This document shows, one piece after another, positions 39,418-49,867 of a stretch of DNA of 64,000 nucleotides. The DNA lies in assembly GCA_963713955.1 (NCBI GenBank), contig OY970216.1, positions 570,252 to 634,251 of the forward strand. Reading direction: 5' to 3'. A model generated the notes under the pieces. The model searched no databases. It saw only the letters and a program-made list of their open reading frames with translations, and had not been told where the DNA came from. The stretch is from an uncultured bacterium (GTDB taxonomy: Bacteria; Patescibacteriota; Minisyncoccia; UBA6257; GWB1-50-10). Positions within the stretch are counted from its first letter, which is position 1; each line of letters opens with the position of its first letter. A program made the translations under genes and the position numbers.

Positions 39418-40844
39418 TTCTCGGATTTTTCGAGAGAATCCAATTTCTCCAGAGCCTTCTCTATCCTCGACAAGGATTCCTCCTTGCCCAGAATATAGAG
39501 TATCTCAACCGGGCCGGGCGAAGCGTCTTTGCCGGACAAAGCAACCCGGAGCGGCCACAGCACCTCTCCCCTGCCTCGCTGATCGGCGACGGACATGACG
39601 TATTTCTCGACGGCCTCCTTCGACCACAATTCGTGGTTGGGAATGCCTTTCACAACGCTCGCGACGAAACTCAAGTTGTCGGCTATCGCGGCACTCGGCG
39701 CTCCCTTCCAGATCAAAAGCGGAGCCGGATATTCCGGAAGCTCGAAGAAAAATCCGGCGAGACTTTTCAGATCGGACAAACGCCTCAACCGCTCCTTTTC
39801 GATACCGATCACCTTGACAAGCTTCTCCTTGTCGCGAAGCCAGGCTACAGGAACGAAGTCCACTGTCCTTTCCAGCAAAACTTCAGAAGGCAGATTTCTC
39901 AAATAATAGGAATTCAGCCATTCCAGCTTTTCCGGATTGAACACAGCGCCGCCTTTCTGGACTTTCTTGAAACTGAAATCGGCGACCATTTCCTCTCGCG
40001 AAACAACTTCCTTGTCGACCGTGGGATGCCATCCCAAAAGAACCATGAAATTCAAAAAAGCCTCCGGGAGATACTCCTGATCCTTGAAATCCTTGAGGGA
40101 AGCATCCATATACCGCTTCGAGAGTTTCTTCCGATCGGGTCCTAAGATGAGCGGCAGGTGGGCGTAAATCGGCGTTTCGAATCCCAGTGCTTCCTGCATG
40201 GCGACCTGCTTCGGGGTGTTCGAGATATGATCTTCACCTCGGATGACGTGGGTGATTTTCATATCGTGATCGTCGACCATGTTGGCGAAATTGAAGAGCG
40301 GTTCTTCCAGGCCCTTGGCTATGATGACGTCGCCCAAAAGATCCAGATCGAACGTCACCTTGCCCCGTATGAGATCAGTGAAGGAAACCGTGTGCGATGG
40401 CATCCTGAATCGTACGACGTGCTTCTCGGTTTTCGCTCTTTTCTCGGCGACGCCCTTCGGGATCGACCGGCATTTGCCGCTGTACTTGGGCTGGAGACCT
40501 TGGCTCAACTGCGCTTGCCGTTCCGACTCCAATTCTTCGGGAGTGCAGAAACAAAAGTACGCCTTATTCTCGTCAATAAGGCGCTCAAGATATTTTTTAT
40601 AGAGGGGGAGGCGTTCGCTTTGCCTTTCTATTTTCTCATCCCACTGAAGACCAAGCCATTGTAACCCGTCCACGATGCTTTCCTCGTACTCTTTCCGGGA
40701 ACGCTCTTTGTCGGTATCCTCAACGCGGAGAAGAAATTTTCCGCCCTCGTGCCTTGCAAAAAGCCAATTAAAAAGCGCCGTCCGGGCATTTCCCAGGCTG
40801 AAGTATCCCGTTGGCGATGGGGCAAATCTGACCCTAACCGGCAT
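39414..40844 (-). CDS. gltX: Glutamate--tRNA ligase
   Basis: RFAPSPTG, RVEDTD, CFC..C, IRGEDH, KLSKR. Confidence 0.93.
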   Translation of the reverse strand: MPVRVRFAPSPTGYFSLGNARTALFNWLFARHEGGKFLLRVEDTDKERSRKEYEESIVDGLQWLGLQWDEKIERQSERLPLYKKYLERLIDENKAYFCFCTPEELESERQAQLSQGLQPKYSGKCRSIPKGVAEKRAKTEKHVVRFRMPSHTVSFTDLIRGKVTFDLDLLGDVIIAKGLEEPLFNFANMVDDHDMKITHVIRGEDHISNTPKQVAMQEALGFETPIYAHLPLILGPDRKKLSKRYMDASLKDFKDQEYLPEAFLNFMVLLGWHPTVDKEVVSREEMVADFSFKKVQKGGAVFNPEKLEWLNSYYLRNLPSEVLLERTVDFVPVAWLRDKEKLVKVIGIEKERLRRLSDLKSLAGFFFELPEYPAPLLIWKGAPSAAIADNLSFVASVVKGIPNHELWSKEAVEKYVMSVADQRGRGEVLWPLRVALSGKDASPGPVEILYILGKEESLSRIEKALEKLDSLEKSEK

Positions 40845-40902
40845 ACCTAAATTGTATCCCGGGCAAGCCCTTTTGTCACTTTGATGCCCTATTCTCCCTC
40901 GA

Positions 40903-42042
40903 TCACTTTTTCCCCGAACATAAGAGTAGAATATCCTTGGCTATCAAGTCCGCCGCATCCGGCTTTGCGAAAACCTTGGCGGCGGCGGACATTTTCTCGT
41001 ACGTCCCGGCATCGCCCAAGATATCCTTGAGTTTCACGAGCACCACGTTCAGTTTCAAATTGTCTTCTTCCACGACGACGGCTGCTCCCGTCGCGGCATA
41101 CGCGTACGCGTTGATCTTCTGGTGGTTGCCGGCGGCTTCCGGCAACGGGACTAAAATCGAAGGCTTCCCAAAAAAGGCGGCTTCGAATATTGATGCCGAT
41201 CCTGATCTTGAAAGAACCACGTCCGCCGCCGAATAAGCGGTTCGGAGCCCCTCCGTATCAAAAAATCCAACGAGTTTATACCTCGAGGAATAGAGCGAGC
41301 TCATTTCCCGCGAGAGAGACTCGGTGAGAAGTTTCGCTTCCTCGAAATTCGCTGGGCCGACCTGGTGGTAAATCTGATAATCCTTGAGGAGCGCTTCGAA
41401 GTTGTCAAAGATGAACTGATTGATCCGCGTCGCGCCCTGGGAACCGCCCATGACGACGATGAGCGGAAGACTTTTGTCAAACCCGAGCTTTCCCTTCGCG
41501 TCGTCCTTCTGAAGCGGCATCCCGGTCCAGGTTTCCCGCACGACCGGATTCCCGACGAGGTTCACTCGTTCCCGTTTCTTGAAATAAGCGCGGCATTCCT
41601 CGAAGGAGATCTCTATCTTCTTCGCGAACTTCCCCGACACGCGCCCGGTAAGCCCCGGCACCGTATCCGACTCATGAATCACGACCGGAATCAGATAAAA
41701 CCGCGCGGCGAGAACGATAGGCAGGGCCCCCGGCCCGCCCTTCGAAAAAACGACGTCGGGCATGAGGAAATACAATTTACAAAGCGCCTGGACGAGACTC
41801 AAAAAAAACTTCGGGATGTCCACGAAGTTGGACAGGGAAAAGTACCGGCGGAGCTTGCTCGAGATGATCGGTGAAAACCGGATGTTCCTTTCCGCGAATT
41901 CCTCCTCGTACCGGTCTTTTGGCCCCACGTAGACGAGTTCCACTTCTAGATCGCCGCTCAATCTCGCGAGCGCATCGGCGACGGCAAGGAGAGGATACAC
42001 GTGTCCCCCGCTCCCTCCCCCCGTCAAAACGATTCGTTTCAT
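40903..42042 (-). CDS. murG: Lipid I N-acetylglucosaminyltransferase
   Basis: GGGSGGHVYP, HESD..PG, GNPV, GGSQGA, HQKINA. Confidence 0.95.
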   Translation of the reverse strand: MKRIVLTGGGSGGHVYPLLAVADALARLSGDLEVELVYVGPKDRYEEEFAERNIRFSPIISSKLRRYFSLSNFVDIPKFFLSLVQALCKLYFLMPDVVFSKGGPGALPIVLAARFYLIPVVIHESDTVPGLTGRVSGKFAKKIEISFEECRAYFKKRERVNLVGNPVVRETWTGMPLQKDDAKGKLGFDKSLPLIVVMGGSQGATRINQFIFDNFEALLKDYQIYHQVGPANFEEAKLLTESLSREMSSLYSSRYKLVGFFDTEGLRTAYSAADVVLSRSGSASIFEAAFFGKPSILVPLPEAAGNHQKINAYAYAATGAAVVVEEDNLKLNVVLVKLKDILGDAGTYEKMSAAAKVFAKPDAADLIAKDILLLCSGKK

Positions 42043-42078
42043 CTTTCTTATTCTACAACCAAAAAGCGGCCGTGAGAA

Positions 42079-42804
42079 TCATTCCAGCTCTCCCAGGAAA
42101 ACCTTTTCAAGAATGCCACTCCCCGTAAGAGAATCAGGGCTACCCTCTTTAATTACCTTCCCTTTATCCATCACGTAAGCTCTGTCGACTAACTTCAGCA
42201 ACGATTTGATATTATGTTCTACGATGATGATCGCCGTCTTGTGCCGTTCGTTGATTTCTTTTATCCTCTCGAAAACCTCAACAACCACTTTCGGTGCCAA
42301 TCCAAGTGACGGCTCGTCCAGAAGCAGAACCTTGGGATTAGTCACCAGCCCCCGCGCCAAAGCCAACATTTGCTGTTCACCGCCAGAGAGCATTCCTGAT
42401 CTCGTCTTCCGCTTCCTCTTCAAAATCGGGAAGGTGTCCATTACTTCCTCCATCCGGCGCTTCAGCTCCGCCTTGTCACCGACGCTAAATCCGCCAATCT
42501 CTAAATTTTCCTCAACCGTGAGATTCGTAAAGACACGCCTTCCTTGGGGAACCAACGCTACACCATAGAGCACCAGCTTATACGGCACTGGCACAATCGG
42601 CTGCTCGTGGAATAGCACCTGACCTGACGAGATCGGCGCTAAACCAAAGATTGCCTTTAAAACAGTTGACTTTCCTGCGCCATTCGGACCCATGAGGGCT
42701 ACCATCTCCCCCTCATCGATGGCGATCGAGACTCCATCCAGCGCTTTCACCCCACCGTAATGAACCTGAACATCCCTCAGTTGAAGAAGAGTTTCTTCTT
42801 TCAT
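42079..42804 (-). CDS. livF: Branched-chain amino acid ABC transporter ATPase
   Basis: GPNGAGKST, LSGGEQQML, DEPSLGLAP. Confidence 0.9.
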   Translation of the reverse strand: MKEETLLQLRDVQVHYGGVKALDGVSIAIDEGEMVALMGPNGAGKSTVLKAIFGLAPISSGQVLFHEQPIVPVPYKLVLYGVALVPQGRRVFTNLTVEENLEIGGFSVGDKAELKRRMEEVMDTFPILKRKRKTRSGMLSGGEQQMLALARGLVTNPKVLLLDEPSLGLAPKVVVEVFERIKEINERHKTAIIIVEHNIKSLLKLVDRAYVMDKGKVIKEGSPDSLTGSGILEKVFLGELE

Positions 42805-43532
42805 TCTCCGAGATACGCTTCTATAACTTCTCGACGTTTCAACACTTCATCCGGTTTTCCTTCAGCCAAAAGCTTCCCGCTGTCCATGACGATGATGTAA
42901 TCTGACAACTCGCGCACTAATTCCATGTTATGTTCAACGAGAACCACGGTCTTACTCTCAGTATGTAATTCCCTCAATATCGACATCACAACCTTAACCA
43001 TCTCGGGGAAAAGCCCCGCAAACGGCTCGTCAAAAAGAAATATATCTGCATGCATTGCCAGCGCACGGGCAATTTCCAAGAGTTTTCTCTGGCCATAGGA
43101 ACAATTCACAGCGAGTTCGTGCCGCTTTTCCCACAGCCGAACTTTTTTTAAAAGTTCCTCCGCCTGCGACAAATGAAACTTCGTGTGCTTAGTCATAAGC
43201 GCTGGGAACACCGCTCGCTCCGTCAAGACGACAAGGATATTATCCAATACCGTCATCTGATTGAAAAGCCGCACCTCTTGAAACGTCCGGGTGATCCCCA
43301 ATGATGGAAGCTCGCGCGACGGAAGCCTTTGAAATGTTTCGCCCCCGATTACGACAGCACCGCCGTCCACTGGCCATATACCCGTCAAAACGTTGATAAG
43401 CGTCGATTTACCGCTCCCGTTAGGGCCTATGACACTCGTCACGCTCCCCTTCTCAAATGAGAGAGAAAGATTATCCACCGCGTGAACCCCCTTAAAGTAT
43501 TTTTCCAAATTTTTTGTTTCAAAAGCTTTCAT
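42801..43532 (-). CDS. livG: Branched-chain amino acid ABC transporter ATPase
   Basis: RTFQ, SYGQRKLLEIARAL, EAYLG. Confidence 0.9.
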   Translation of the reverse strand: MKAFETKNLEKYFKGVHAVDNLSLSFEKGSVTSVIGPNGSGKSTLINVLTGIWPVDGGAVVIGGETFQRLPSRELPSLGITRTFQEVRLFNQMTVLDNILVVLTERAVFPALMTKHTKFHLSQAEELLKKVRLWEKRHELAVNCSYGQRKLLEIARALAMHADIFLFDEPFAGLFPEMVKVVMSILRELHTESKTVVLVEHNMELVRELSDYIIVMDSGKLLAEGKPDEVLKRREVIEAYLGE

Positions 43533-43536
43533 GGTA

Positions 43537-44421
43537 TCAATCGTTAATCGCTCTGTTCCACTTAAACTCCCCCAACAGCCCTTGCGGTCTGTACAGCATG
43601 AAAACGATTAAAAAGATGCCGTACAAAAGCTGACGCATCTCGGCAGCGATGTCTTCCGAAAAACCGACAAACCGAAGTGCCTCCGGCAAAAAGGTGAGGA
43701 CGAATGCTCCCAAGAGCGATCCGTTCAAATTCGCCGCACCACCCAAGATCACAATGGAAAAAATGAAAACTGATTCCATGACATCGAATGAAGATGGTGC
43801 GATGAAAGTGAGGTATGACGCGAAAAGCGATCCCGCAATCGAGGCAAAAAGAGCCGCGATGGTGAAAACCGCGAGTTTGTAATGTAAGGTATTGTAACCA
43901 AAAACCGATATGGCTTTTTCATCCTCGCGTATGGCCTTCAAGGTTCTGCCGAAAGACGAGGAAACTATGAACCGACAGGCAAAATACGAAACGACAAGAA
44001 TGAGAAGGCACAAAATGAGGAAGTTATTGGTGGCAGAAAAATCAAGTCCGAAGATGGCGGGGCGCGGAATACCTGGGATACCCAAAGGACCGCGCGTCAG
44101 CGACTGCCAGTTCGTGAAAACGGCAGTCAAAATGAGATTCATGCCTATCGTCCCCAGAACATAATAATCCCAGTTCAGGTTCCGCAAAACTCTTCCTACC
44201 AGATATGACACTATTCCTGCAATCACCATTCCGGTGAGGACGGAAACGAAAAAGTTTGCGTGATAATCGACCGTTAAAATCGCCGTCGCGTACGCTCCAA
44301 TGCCGAAAAATGCAGCGTGCACGACAGACACGAGTCCTGTATAGCCGACCACCAAATTTAAACTCATCGCCAGTATGGCATAAATACAGAACAAGATAAG
44401 GATATTGATCAGGTACGGCAT
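43537..44421 (-). CDS. livM: Branched-chain amino acid ABC permease
   Basis: LNLVVGYTG, AIREDE, RPQGL. Confidence 0.9.
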   Translation of the reverse strand: MPYLINILILFCIYAILAMSLNLVVGYTGLVSVVHAAFFGIGAYATAILTVDYHANFFVSVLTGMVIAGIVSYLVGRVLRNLNWDYYVLGTIGMNLILTAVFTNWQSLTRGPLGIPGIPRPAIFGLDFSATNNFLILCLLILVVSYFACRFIVSSSFGRTLKAIREDEKAISVFGYNTLHYKLAVFTIAALFASIAGSLFASYLTFIAPSSFDVMESVFIFSIVILGGAANLNGSLLGAFVLTFLPEALRFVGFSEDIAAEMRQLLYGIFLIVFMLYRPQGLLGEFKWNRAIND

Positions 44422-45300
44422 TTATTTTTTCGATACGCCTTGTAGAATCCCTTGCGGACGGAAGATGAGAAACAAAACAAGGAGCCCAAATGCTATAGCC
44501 GGTTTCCATATGGCATTTATCTTCCAAACACCGAAGTTTTCGGTGAACGCGAGAAGGAATGCTCCCAGAACTCCGCCGTAAACGTTGCCGATACCGCCGA
44601 CGATCGAAGCCGTCGCTGCCTCAAGAAGGAAGAAGAATCCCATCGTCGGGAAAATGCCTACGTCGAACCCAACAAGAATACCTGCGAGTCCCGCGATAGC
44701 ACCGCTCACGAAAAACACAATGGAGATAACACGGTTGCTGTTAACGCCCATAATTCGGGAAACCTCCTCGTCATCGCTCACCGCCCGTACAAGTTTGCCG
44801 AATTTGCTTCGCTTAAGGATAACCGCCAAACACACAAAAGCCAAAAGAGCCACGATGAGGGTGATCGCTTCCACCAAGGTGATGGAAGCGCCAAGAACCG
44901 TATAAACCGGCGGAAGAAAGTCTTGACTTACCAAACTCTGATACTGCGAGGTGAAAAATATGGCGATTGCCGACTCCAAGAGAAGCATGAGTCCGATCGA
45001 TGCTATGACATGCACGGTGCTCGCCGCTCCTTGCCGGCGAAGTTTCTTGAATATAAGAACATCAGAGAGATACGACACGACCCCGGCACCAACGATTGCC
45101 AAGAGAATCCCGAGCCACAAGGGGAGGGCGTACTGCCGGCAAAATAAAAACACGAGATACGCGCCGACGGCCGCAGTGGCGCCGTAGGCCACATTTAAGA
45201 ATTTCGTAATGCCGTAGAGAAGATTAAACCCGAGAGTGAGAATAACGTATACTGCCCCGGCAATCACAACGTTCATCACCAACTGATTCAAAAAACCCAT
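44422..45300 (-). CDS. livH: Branched-chain amino acid ABC permease
   Basis: LGFNLLYG...NVAYG, GGIG, RPQGI. Confidence 0.9.
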   Translation of the reverse strand: MGFLNQLVMNVVIAGAVYVILTLGFNLLYGITKFLNVAYGATAAVGAYLVFLFCRQYALPLWLGILLAIVGAGVVSYLSDVLIFKKLRRQGAASTVHVIASIGLMLLLESAIAIFFTSQYQSLVSQDFLPPVYTVLGASITLVEAITLIVALLAFVCLAVILKRSKFGKLVRAVSDDEEVSRIMGVNSNRVISIVFFVSGAIAGLAGILVGFDVGIFPTMGFFFLLEAATASIVGGIGNVYGGVLGAFLLAFTENFGVWKINAIWKPAIAFGLLVLFLIFRPQGILQGVSKK

Positions 45301-45395
45301 ATATTTATATTCTATCGAACTTCGAAACGCGAAACAAAGGCACCTTCCGGCGTAAAACCAGAGAGCTCACAAGAACTAAAGCTCCTCCATAATCC

Positions 45396-46535
45396 TTACC
45401 GACTCAACTCTTCGAGTTTCCCGTTCATGAACTCCTTTACGATGAACTTCGCCGTCACATCGTCGCCATTCTGGTCTAACGTATAAGTATCCGCAATCCC
45501 CTTATAGGTGAAGTTATTTTTCAATGCCGCGTTTATTTTCTCACTATCCATTCCGACATTCTGTATGATCGTCGCTAATGCTTTGAGCACATCATAGGCA
45601 CGCGGCGCATAAATCATGAGCTGCTGCCCATTCGTTCTTTTTGCCATTTCATCGACGAATGCCTTGGGCAACTGTTCATTTGCGGCAACCGTGTAGAGAG
45701 CGCCGTCGGCAGCAGAGCCTGCCTCAGCCGGTATCTTGGGATCATCCCACGCATCGCCGCCCATGACTTGACTTTTAACTCCTATCTGCTTTATCTGCTC
45801 TAATCCCACTATGCTGCTGTCCGTATACGACGGGAAGTATATGACATCCGGATTCGCAGCTTTTATCTTCGTGATTTGAGTTCGAAGATCCTGTGCACCT
45901 TGCTGAAACCCCTCTTCGTCCACTACCTTCACGCCCAATTCTCCCAGCCGCTGTTTCACCACATCATGAAGTCCGACACACCAATCACTCAAACAATACA
46001 GAACTGCTACTCGCTTGGCCTTGAGAGTGTTAGCAATATATTCAGCCGCGAACTTCCCCTGGAAATTGTCAGAAGCGATGAAACGATATTTGTAATCACC
46101 GGCTGTCGTGATCTTCGGATTCGTCGAGCCGTAACTTATAATAGGAACGTGCGCTGCTTGAGCAATAGGAATCGTGGCTAACGTCTCTGAAGAACATAGC
46201 CCCCCGATAACGGCGACTACCTTGTCGACATTCATCAATTTATTAGCGGCATCAGCAGCGGCGGTTGGATCGCATTTACTATCCTCGGCAACGACCTCGA
46301 CTTGCCGACCGCCTATACCTCCCGCACTGTTTATTTCGTCTCTTGCAATCTGAACCGCTGCAAGTGAATTTTCACCCGGAGATGCTTCGTCCCCTGTCAG
46401 AGGTCCCAGGAAACCGACCTTAATGATGTTGCCCTGCCCTCCCTTATTGCTCACGCCATAGATTACGATCACCGCCACGACGACGACCGCGACGACGATC
46501 CACGCGATTATCCCCTTCTTCTTTGTTTGATCCAT
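45396..46535 (-). CDS. livK: Branched-chain amino acid ABC substrate-binding protein (TM-anchored)
   Basis: GPLTG, INSAGGIGG, EDSKCDP, GGLCS. Confidence 0.88.
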   Translation of the reverse strand: MDQTKKKGIIAWIVVAVVVVAVIVIYGVSNKGGQGNIIKVGFLGPLTGDEASPGENSLAAVQIARDEINSAGGIGGRQVEVVAEDSKCDPTAAADAANKLMNVDKVVAVIGGLCSSETLATIPIAQAAHVPIISYGSTNPKITTAGDYKYRFIASDNFQGKFAAEYIANTLKAKRVAVLYCLSDWCVGLHDVVKQRLGELGVKVVDEEGFQQGAQDLRTQITKIKAANPDVIYFPSYTDSSIVGLEQIKQIGVKSQVMGGDAWDDPKIPAEAGSAADGALYTVAANEQLPKAFVDEMAKRTNGQQLMIYAPRAYDVLKALATIIQNVGMDSEKINAALKNNFTYKGIADTYTLDQNGDDVTAKFIVKEFMNGKLEELSR

Positions 46536-46603
46536 GATTTGAAATAATGGATTTGACGACTTTTACAAATTATATCACAACAACCCGCGGCGGCAATCGC
46601 CCC

Positions 46604-47122
46604 TCAATTTTGACCGGAATTCTTTCCCAAAAGCAATTCGACGATATGGGACATCGTGGGGGTGTACTTGCCGGGATTTTTTCTCACGTCTTCCCTCAAT
46701 TTTTCTCCAAGGACCCAGGCAATTTCCTCCACTTCGTCTTCCTGAATCTTGAAGTCGCTTAAGGGATGATCTAGCTTCAACGTGAACCACTGCCCGAAGA
46801 AATTATAACTAGAATGTGCTCTTTCCTTCGGGCCGATATCGAATTTGACGCCTTCTATCCCTAATTCCTCCTTCGCCTCCTTGTAGATGTTGTCTTCGTA
46901 CGTCTCTCCTTCATCGACCGTTCCCGCAACAGCTGGTCCCCACTTACCCGGATCGTGCTTCTTGGTGAATTTTCTCTGGGCGATCAGTACCTCGCCCTTG
47001 GAATTGGTTACCCAAAGCGCTGACACGCGATAGATGTCCTTTTTCGGATCTATTTCATCAAAGTCTTTATAACCGATGATTTCATCGTTTTCGTTTACGA
47101 CCGGAATTTTTGGCTTTTTCAT
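46604..47122 (-). CDS. NUDIX hydrolase (IPP isomerase-like)
   Basis: AGTVDEGETY...EAKEELG. Confidence 0.88.
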   Translation of the reverse strand: MKKPKIPVVNENDEIIGYKDFDEIDPKKDIYRVSALWVTNSKGEVLIAQRKFTKKHDPGKWGPAVAGTVDEGETYEDNIYKEAKEELGIEGVKFDIGPKERAHSSYNFFGQWFTLKLDHPLSDFKIQEDEVEEIAWVLGEKLREDVRKNPGKYTPTMSHIVELLLGKNSGQN

Positions 47123-47195
47123 GTTGGTTTTCCTTATTGTAATACAAAAATAGACAAGGTAAACCCGATTCTCATGAGCGAACTTCTAGTGCTCT

Positions 47196-48296
47196 CTACC
47201 TCCTCGAAATGTTCACGATGATGCCGGACATGGTCAAGAACACCGCGAGCGCGGTCCCGCCGTAGCTCGTGAAGGGCAGAGGAACTCCCGTGAAGGGCAG
47301 GAGACCCGAAACGGCAGCCATGTGAACAAATGCCTGGAGCCCTATGACGGAAACAAAGCCGACGACGGTGAGTTCAGCGAAGAGGTCCGAGGCTCGCTTC
47401 GCGATTTTGACACCCCGCCAGACGAACATCAAGAAAGCCATGATGAGAAGCGCGACGCCGACGAAGCCGAGTTCTTCGGCTATCACGGCGAAGATTGAAT
47501 CCCCCATCGGCTCGGGGAGATAGTGCAGTTTCGTCGTCGAGCGGCCGTAGCCTACTCCCCAGAGCCCGCCGGAGCCGATTGCAAGAAGCGATTGGTTGAT
47601 TTGGTACGTCTTGCCGAGCGTGTCCGACTCGGGATGGAGGAAACTAAAAACCCTCTCGAACCGATAGGGCGTCACAGCGACGAGGAGCGCAAGACCGAGA
47701 AGCCCCACGATGATGATGAAAGCGAGAGATTTCAACTTGGCTCCGGCGATGAGATACATGATAAGCGCCGCACTCGTGATGAGAATGACCGTCGTCGTCG
47801 CAGGCTGGAGAACGATGGGAACGATGACCAACATGAGAATCACGAGAAACGGCAGCGTGCCTTCCCGGAAGCTCTCCCGCCTCGCCGACGTTTTCGAAAG
47901 CCACGAGGCCATGTAAAGGATAAGCGCGATCTTCACAAACTCCGACGGCTGGAAACCGAAACTTCCGAGGTGGAGCCACCGGTCGGCTCCGTAGGCTTGG
48001 AAACCGAGAGGCGTGAAAACCAGAAGCAGGAACAGGATGCCGACGATGAGAAGATACAAACTCACCTTCTGCCAGATCTTGTAATCGAGGAAAAAACCAA
48101 GGAGAAAACCTACGAGGCCCGGCAAAAGTCCGAAGAGTATCTGATGGGTGAGGTAATAGAAACTGTCGCCGTACTGGGCTTTTGCCACGTCCGACGAAGC
48201 GGAGGTCAACATCACGAGCCCGAAAACCACGAGCACCGTCAAGAGAAATATAAAGACATAATCGGGGCTGGATCGTTTGGAGAGATTTTTACTCAT
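47196..48296 (-). CDS. ftsW: SEDS peptidoglycan polymerase FtsW
   Basis: GADRW, QPSEFVK, GSGG..GVG, TGVPLPFTSYGG. Confidence 0.93.
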   Translation of the reverse strand: MSKNLSKRSSPDYVFIFLLTVLVVFGLVMLTSASSDVAKAQYGDSFYYLTHQILFGLLPGLVGFLLGFFLDYKIWQKVSLYLLIVGILFLLLVFTPLGFQAYGADRWLHLGSFGFQPSEFVKIALILYMASWLSKTSARRESFREGTLPFLVILMLVIVPIVLQPATTTVILITSAALIMYLIAGAKLKSLAFIIIVGLLGLALLVAVTPYRFERVFSFLHPESDTLGKTYQINQSLLAIGSGGLWGVGYGRSTTKLHYLPEPMGDSIFAVIAEELGFVGVALLIMAFLMFVWRGVKIAKRASDLFAELTVVGFVSVIGLQAFVHMAAVSGLLPFTGVPLPFTSYGGTALAVFLTMSGIIVNISRR

Positions 48297-49747
48297 CTTG
48301 CAGACTGACTTCCCAGAATCCGGCCGGAGAATTGCGGTTCCACTCTGCCTTCCTTCATGACCATCTTGCCGTTCACAAAAACATAAAAAGGTTTCTCGTC
48401 CTTGAAAACGACGACATCGGCGAAATACCCTTCCTTGATGAGTCCCCTCCGCTGGAGCCCGTATTTCCGAGCGGGCAAACTGGTAATCTTCTCGACCATC
48501 TTGCCCGACGAGATGATATCCCCGAAAACGGCGGGATTTTCTTTTTCGGCATCGTGGTAACTCAAGCTCAAGATTGAACTCCTGCTCTCCATGAGCTTGC
48601 TGAGCGTTTCCGTATCCACGCGATCGGAAAAAAGCGTCGCACGCATTTTCGTCAAAACAGCAAGATCAAGAAGTGCTTCTTCGGACGTTACGTTCCTCGT
48701 CGAGGCGAAATCCCTCATGTTCCTGCCCTCGAGGAACTTGAGCGGGCTCGGAGCCTCGGCGATCGTGAGGTTCTCGAACGCGATGCCCGCGAGATCGGCG
48801 AGCAACCGTTCCCTCAAGTGCTTGCTTTCCGCGGCCGCCGTGAGGTCCTTCAGGTTTTTTCCCTTGATCCACGCGGGGAGGAGATCGTAAATAGGCAACT
48901 TCACGAGCGGGCCCGGGAAAACGTCGAAACGCACGCTTTTCTCGGCTGAATTCTTCTCTATTTCCGAAACCGCCTTCACATATTGATCTTCAAAACCCCT
49001 GAGCGGCTGAAAATGATTGATCTCAATGTTCAGGTCGTGAGCTTTGGAAAGGGAAAGTATCTCTTCGGTGGACTCGACCGCTCTCCGTTCGTCCCTCAAG
49101 TGAAAGGCGAAAACGTTCTTGAAAACGCCGGCGGCATTCATCACTCTGAATATTTCGTCGGACGAAACGCCGTTCAAATACGGCTCCGACAAATCGAACG
49201 CGACGCCGAGCGCTCCCTCCCCGAGGGCGGACGCGATGATTCTCCCCAGGCTTTCTATCTCACCGTCGGTTAAATCCCTCCCCTCGTTTCCTACAAACGC
49301 GCTCCGGACCGTCGCGTACCCCACGAGGGTCCCGAAGTTGATTCCCACTCCCCTCCTCTTCAAAACGGAAAAGAAATCTTTTACGGATTGCCAGTCGGCG
49401 TTGAACTTTGAAGAATATATCGACTTCAAAAAAGAAACGGACTGGGAAAAAATGGGCGCTAAGGATACGCCGTTGCTCCCTCCGATCGCGCTCGTCACGC
49501 CTTTTTTGACAAGGTTCATGGAGTAGACGTCGTCCAGGATACCCCCTTCCCGTTCCGCTTCGAAATTGATTTCGACAAAGCCCGGAGTCACCACCATGCC
49601 CCTCGCGTCGACGACATTTAGCGAGTTCTTCTTGGTCGCCTTCAAAAGACCGGTTATTCTCTCTTCCTTGACGAGAATGTCCGTCTCCACTAGATCGGAG
49701 CCGTCTCCCTTGTACACCAGCCCGTTTTTTATGACAAATTCGTCCAT
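48293..49747 (-). CDS. N-acyl-D-amino-acid deacylase-like amidohydrolase, degenerate metal site
   Basis: IKNGLVYKGDG, VTPGF, TSLPA...RGLIKEGYFADVVVF; the usual DxHxH is replaced by EINFE. Confidence 0.75.
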   Translation of the reverse strand: MDEFVIKNGLVYKGDGSDLVETDILVKEERITGLLKATKKNSLNVVDARGMVVTPGFVEINFEAEREGGILDDVYSMNLVKKGVTSAIGGSNGVSLAPIFSQSVSFLKSIYSSKFNADWQSVKDFFSVLKRRGVGINFGTLVGYATVRSAFVGNEGRDLTDGEIESLGRIIASALGEGALGVAFDLSEPYLNGVSSDEIFRVMNAAGVFKNVFAFHLRDERRAVESTEEILSLSKAHDLNIEINHFQPLRGFEDQYVKAVSEIEKNSAEKSVRFDVFPGPLVKLPIYDLLPAWIKGKNLKDLTAAAESKHLRERLLADLAGIAFENLTIAEAPSPLKFLEGRNMRDFASTRNVTSEEALLDLAVLTKMRATLFSDRVDTETLSKLMESRSSILSLSYHDAEKENPAVFGDIISSGKMVEKITSLPARKYGLQRRGLIKEGYFADVVVFKDEKPFYVFVNGKMVMKEGRVEPQFSGRILGSQSAR

Positions 49748-49867
49748 CCCGTTAGAAATAGGACGCAGGCGCATTAAATTGCTTCTGCATCATTGCTTAT
49801 CAATTTTGACCCTTTACACATAATACATTTATTATTTTAAGCTATGCGTCCGCGATTTCTAACGGGA
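49747..49867. mobile_element. ~120-bp MITE-like element
   Basis: TIR TCCCGTTAGAAAT..GGACGCA / TGCGTCC..ATTTCTAACGGGA around an AT-rich core. Confidence 0.65.
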
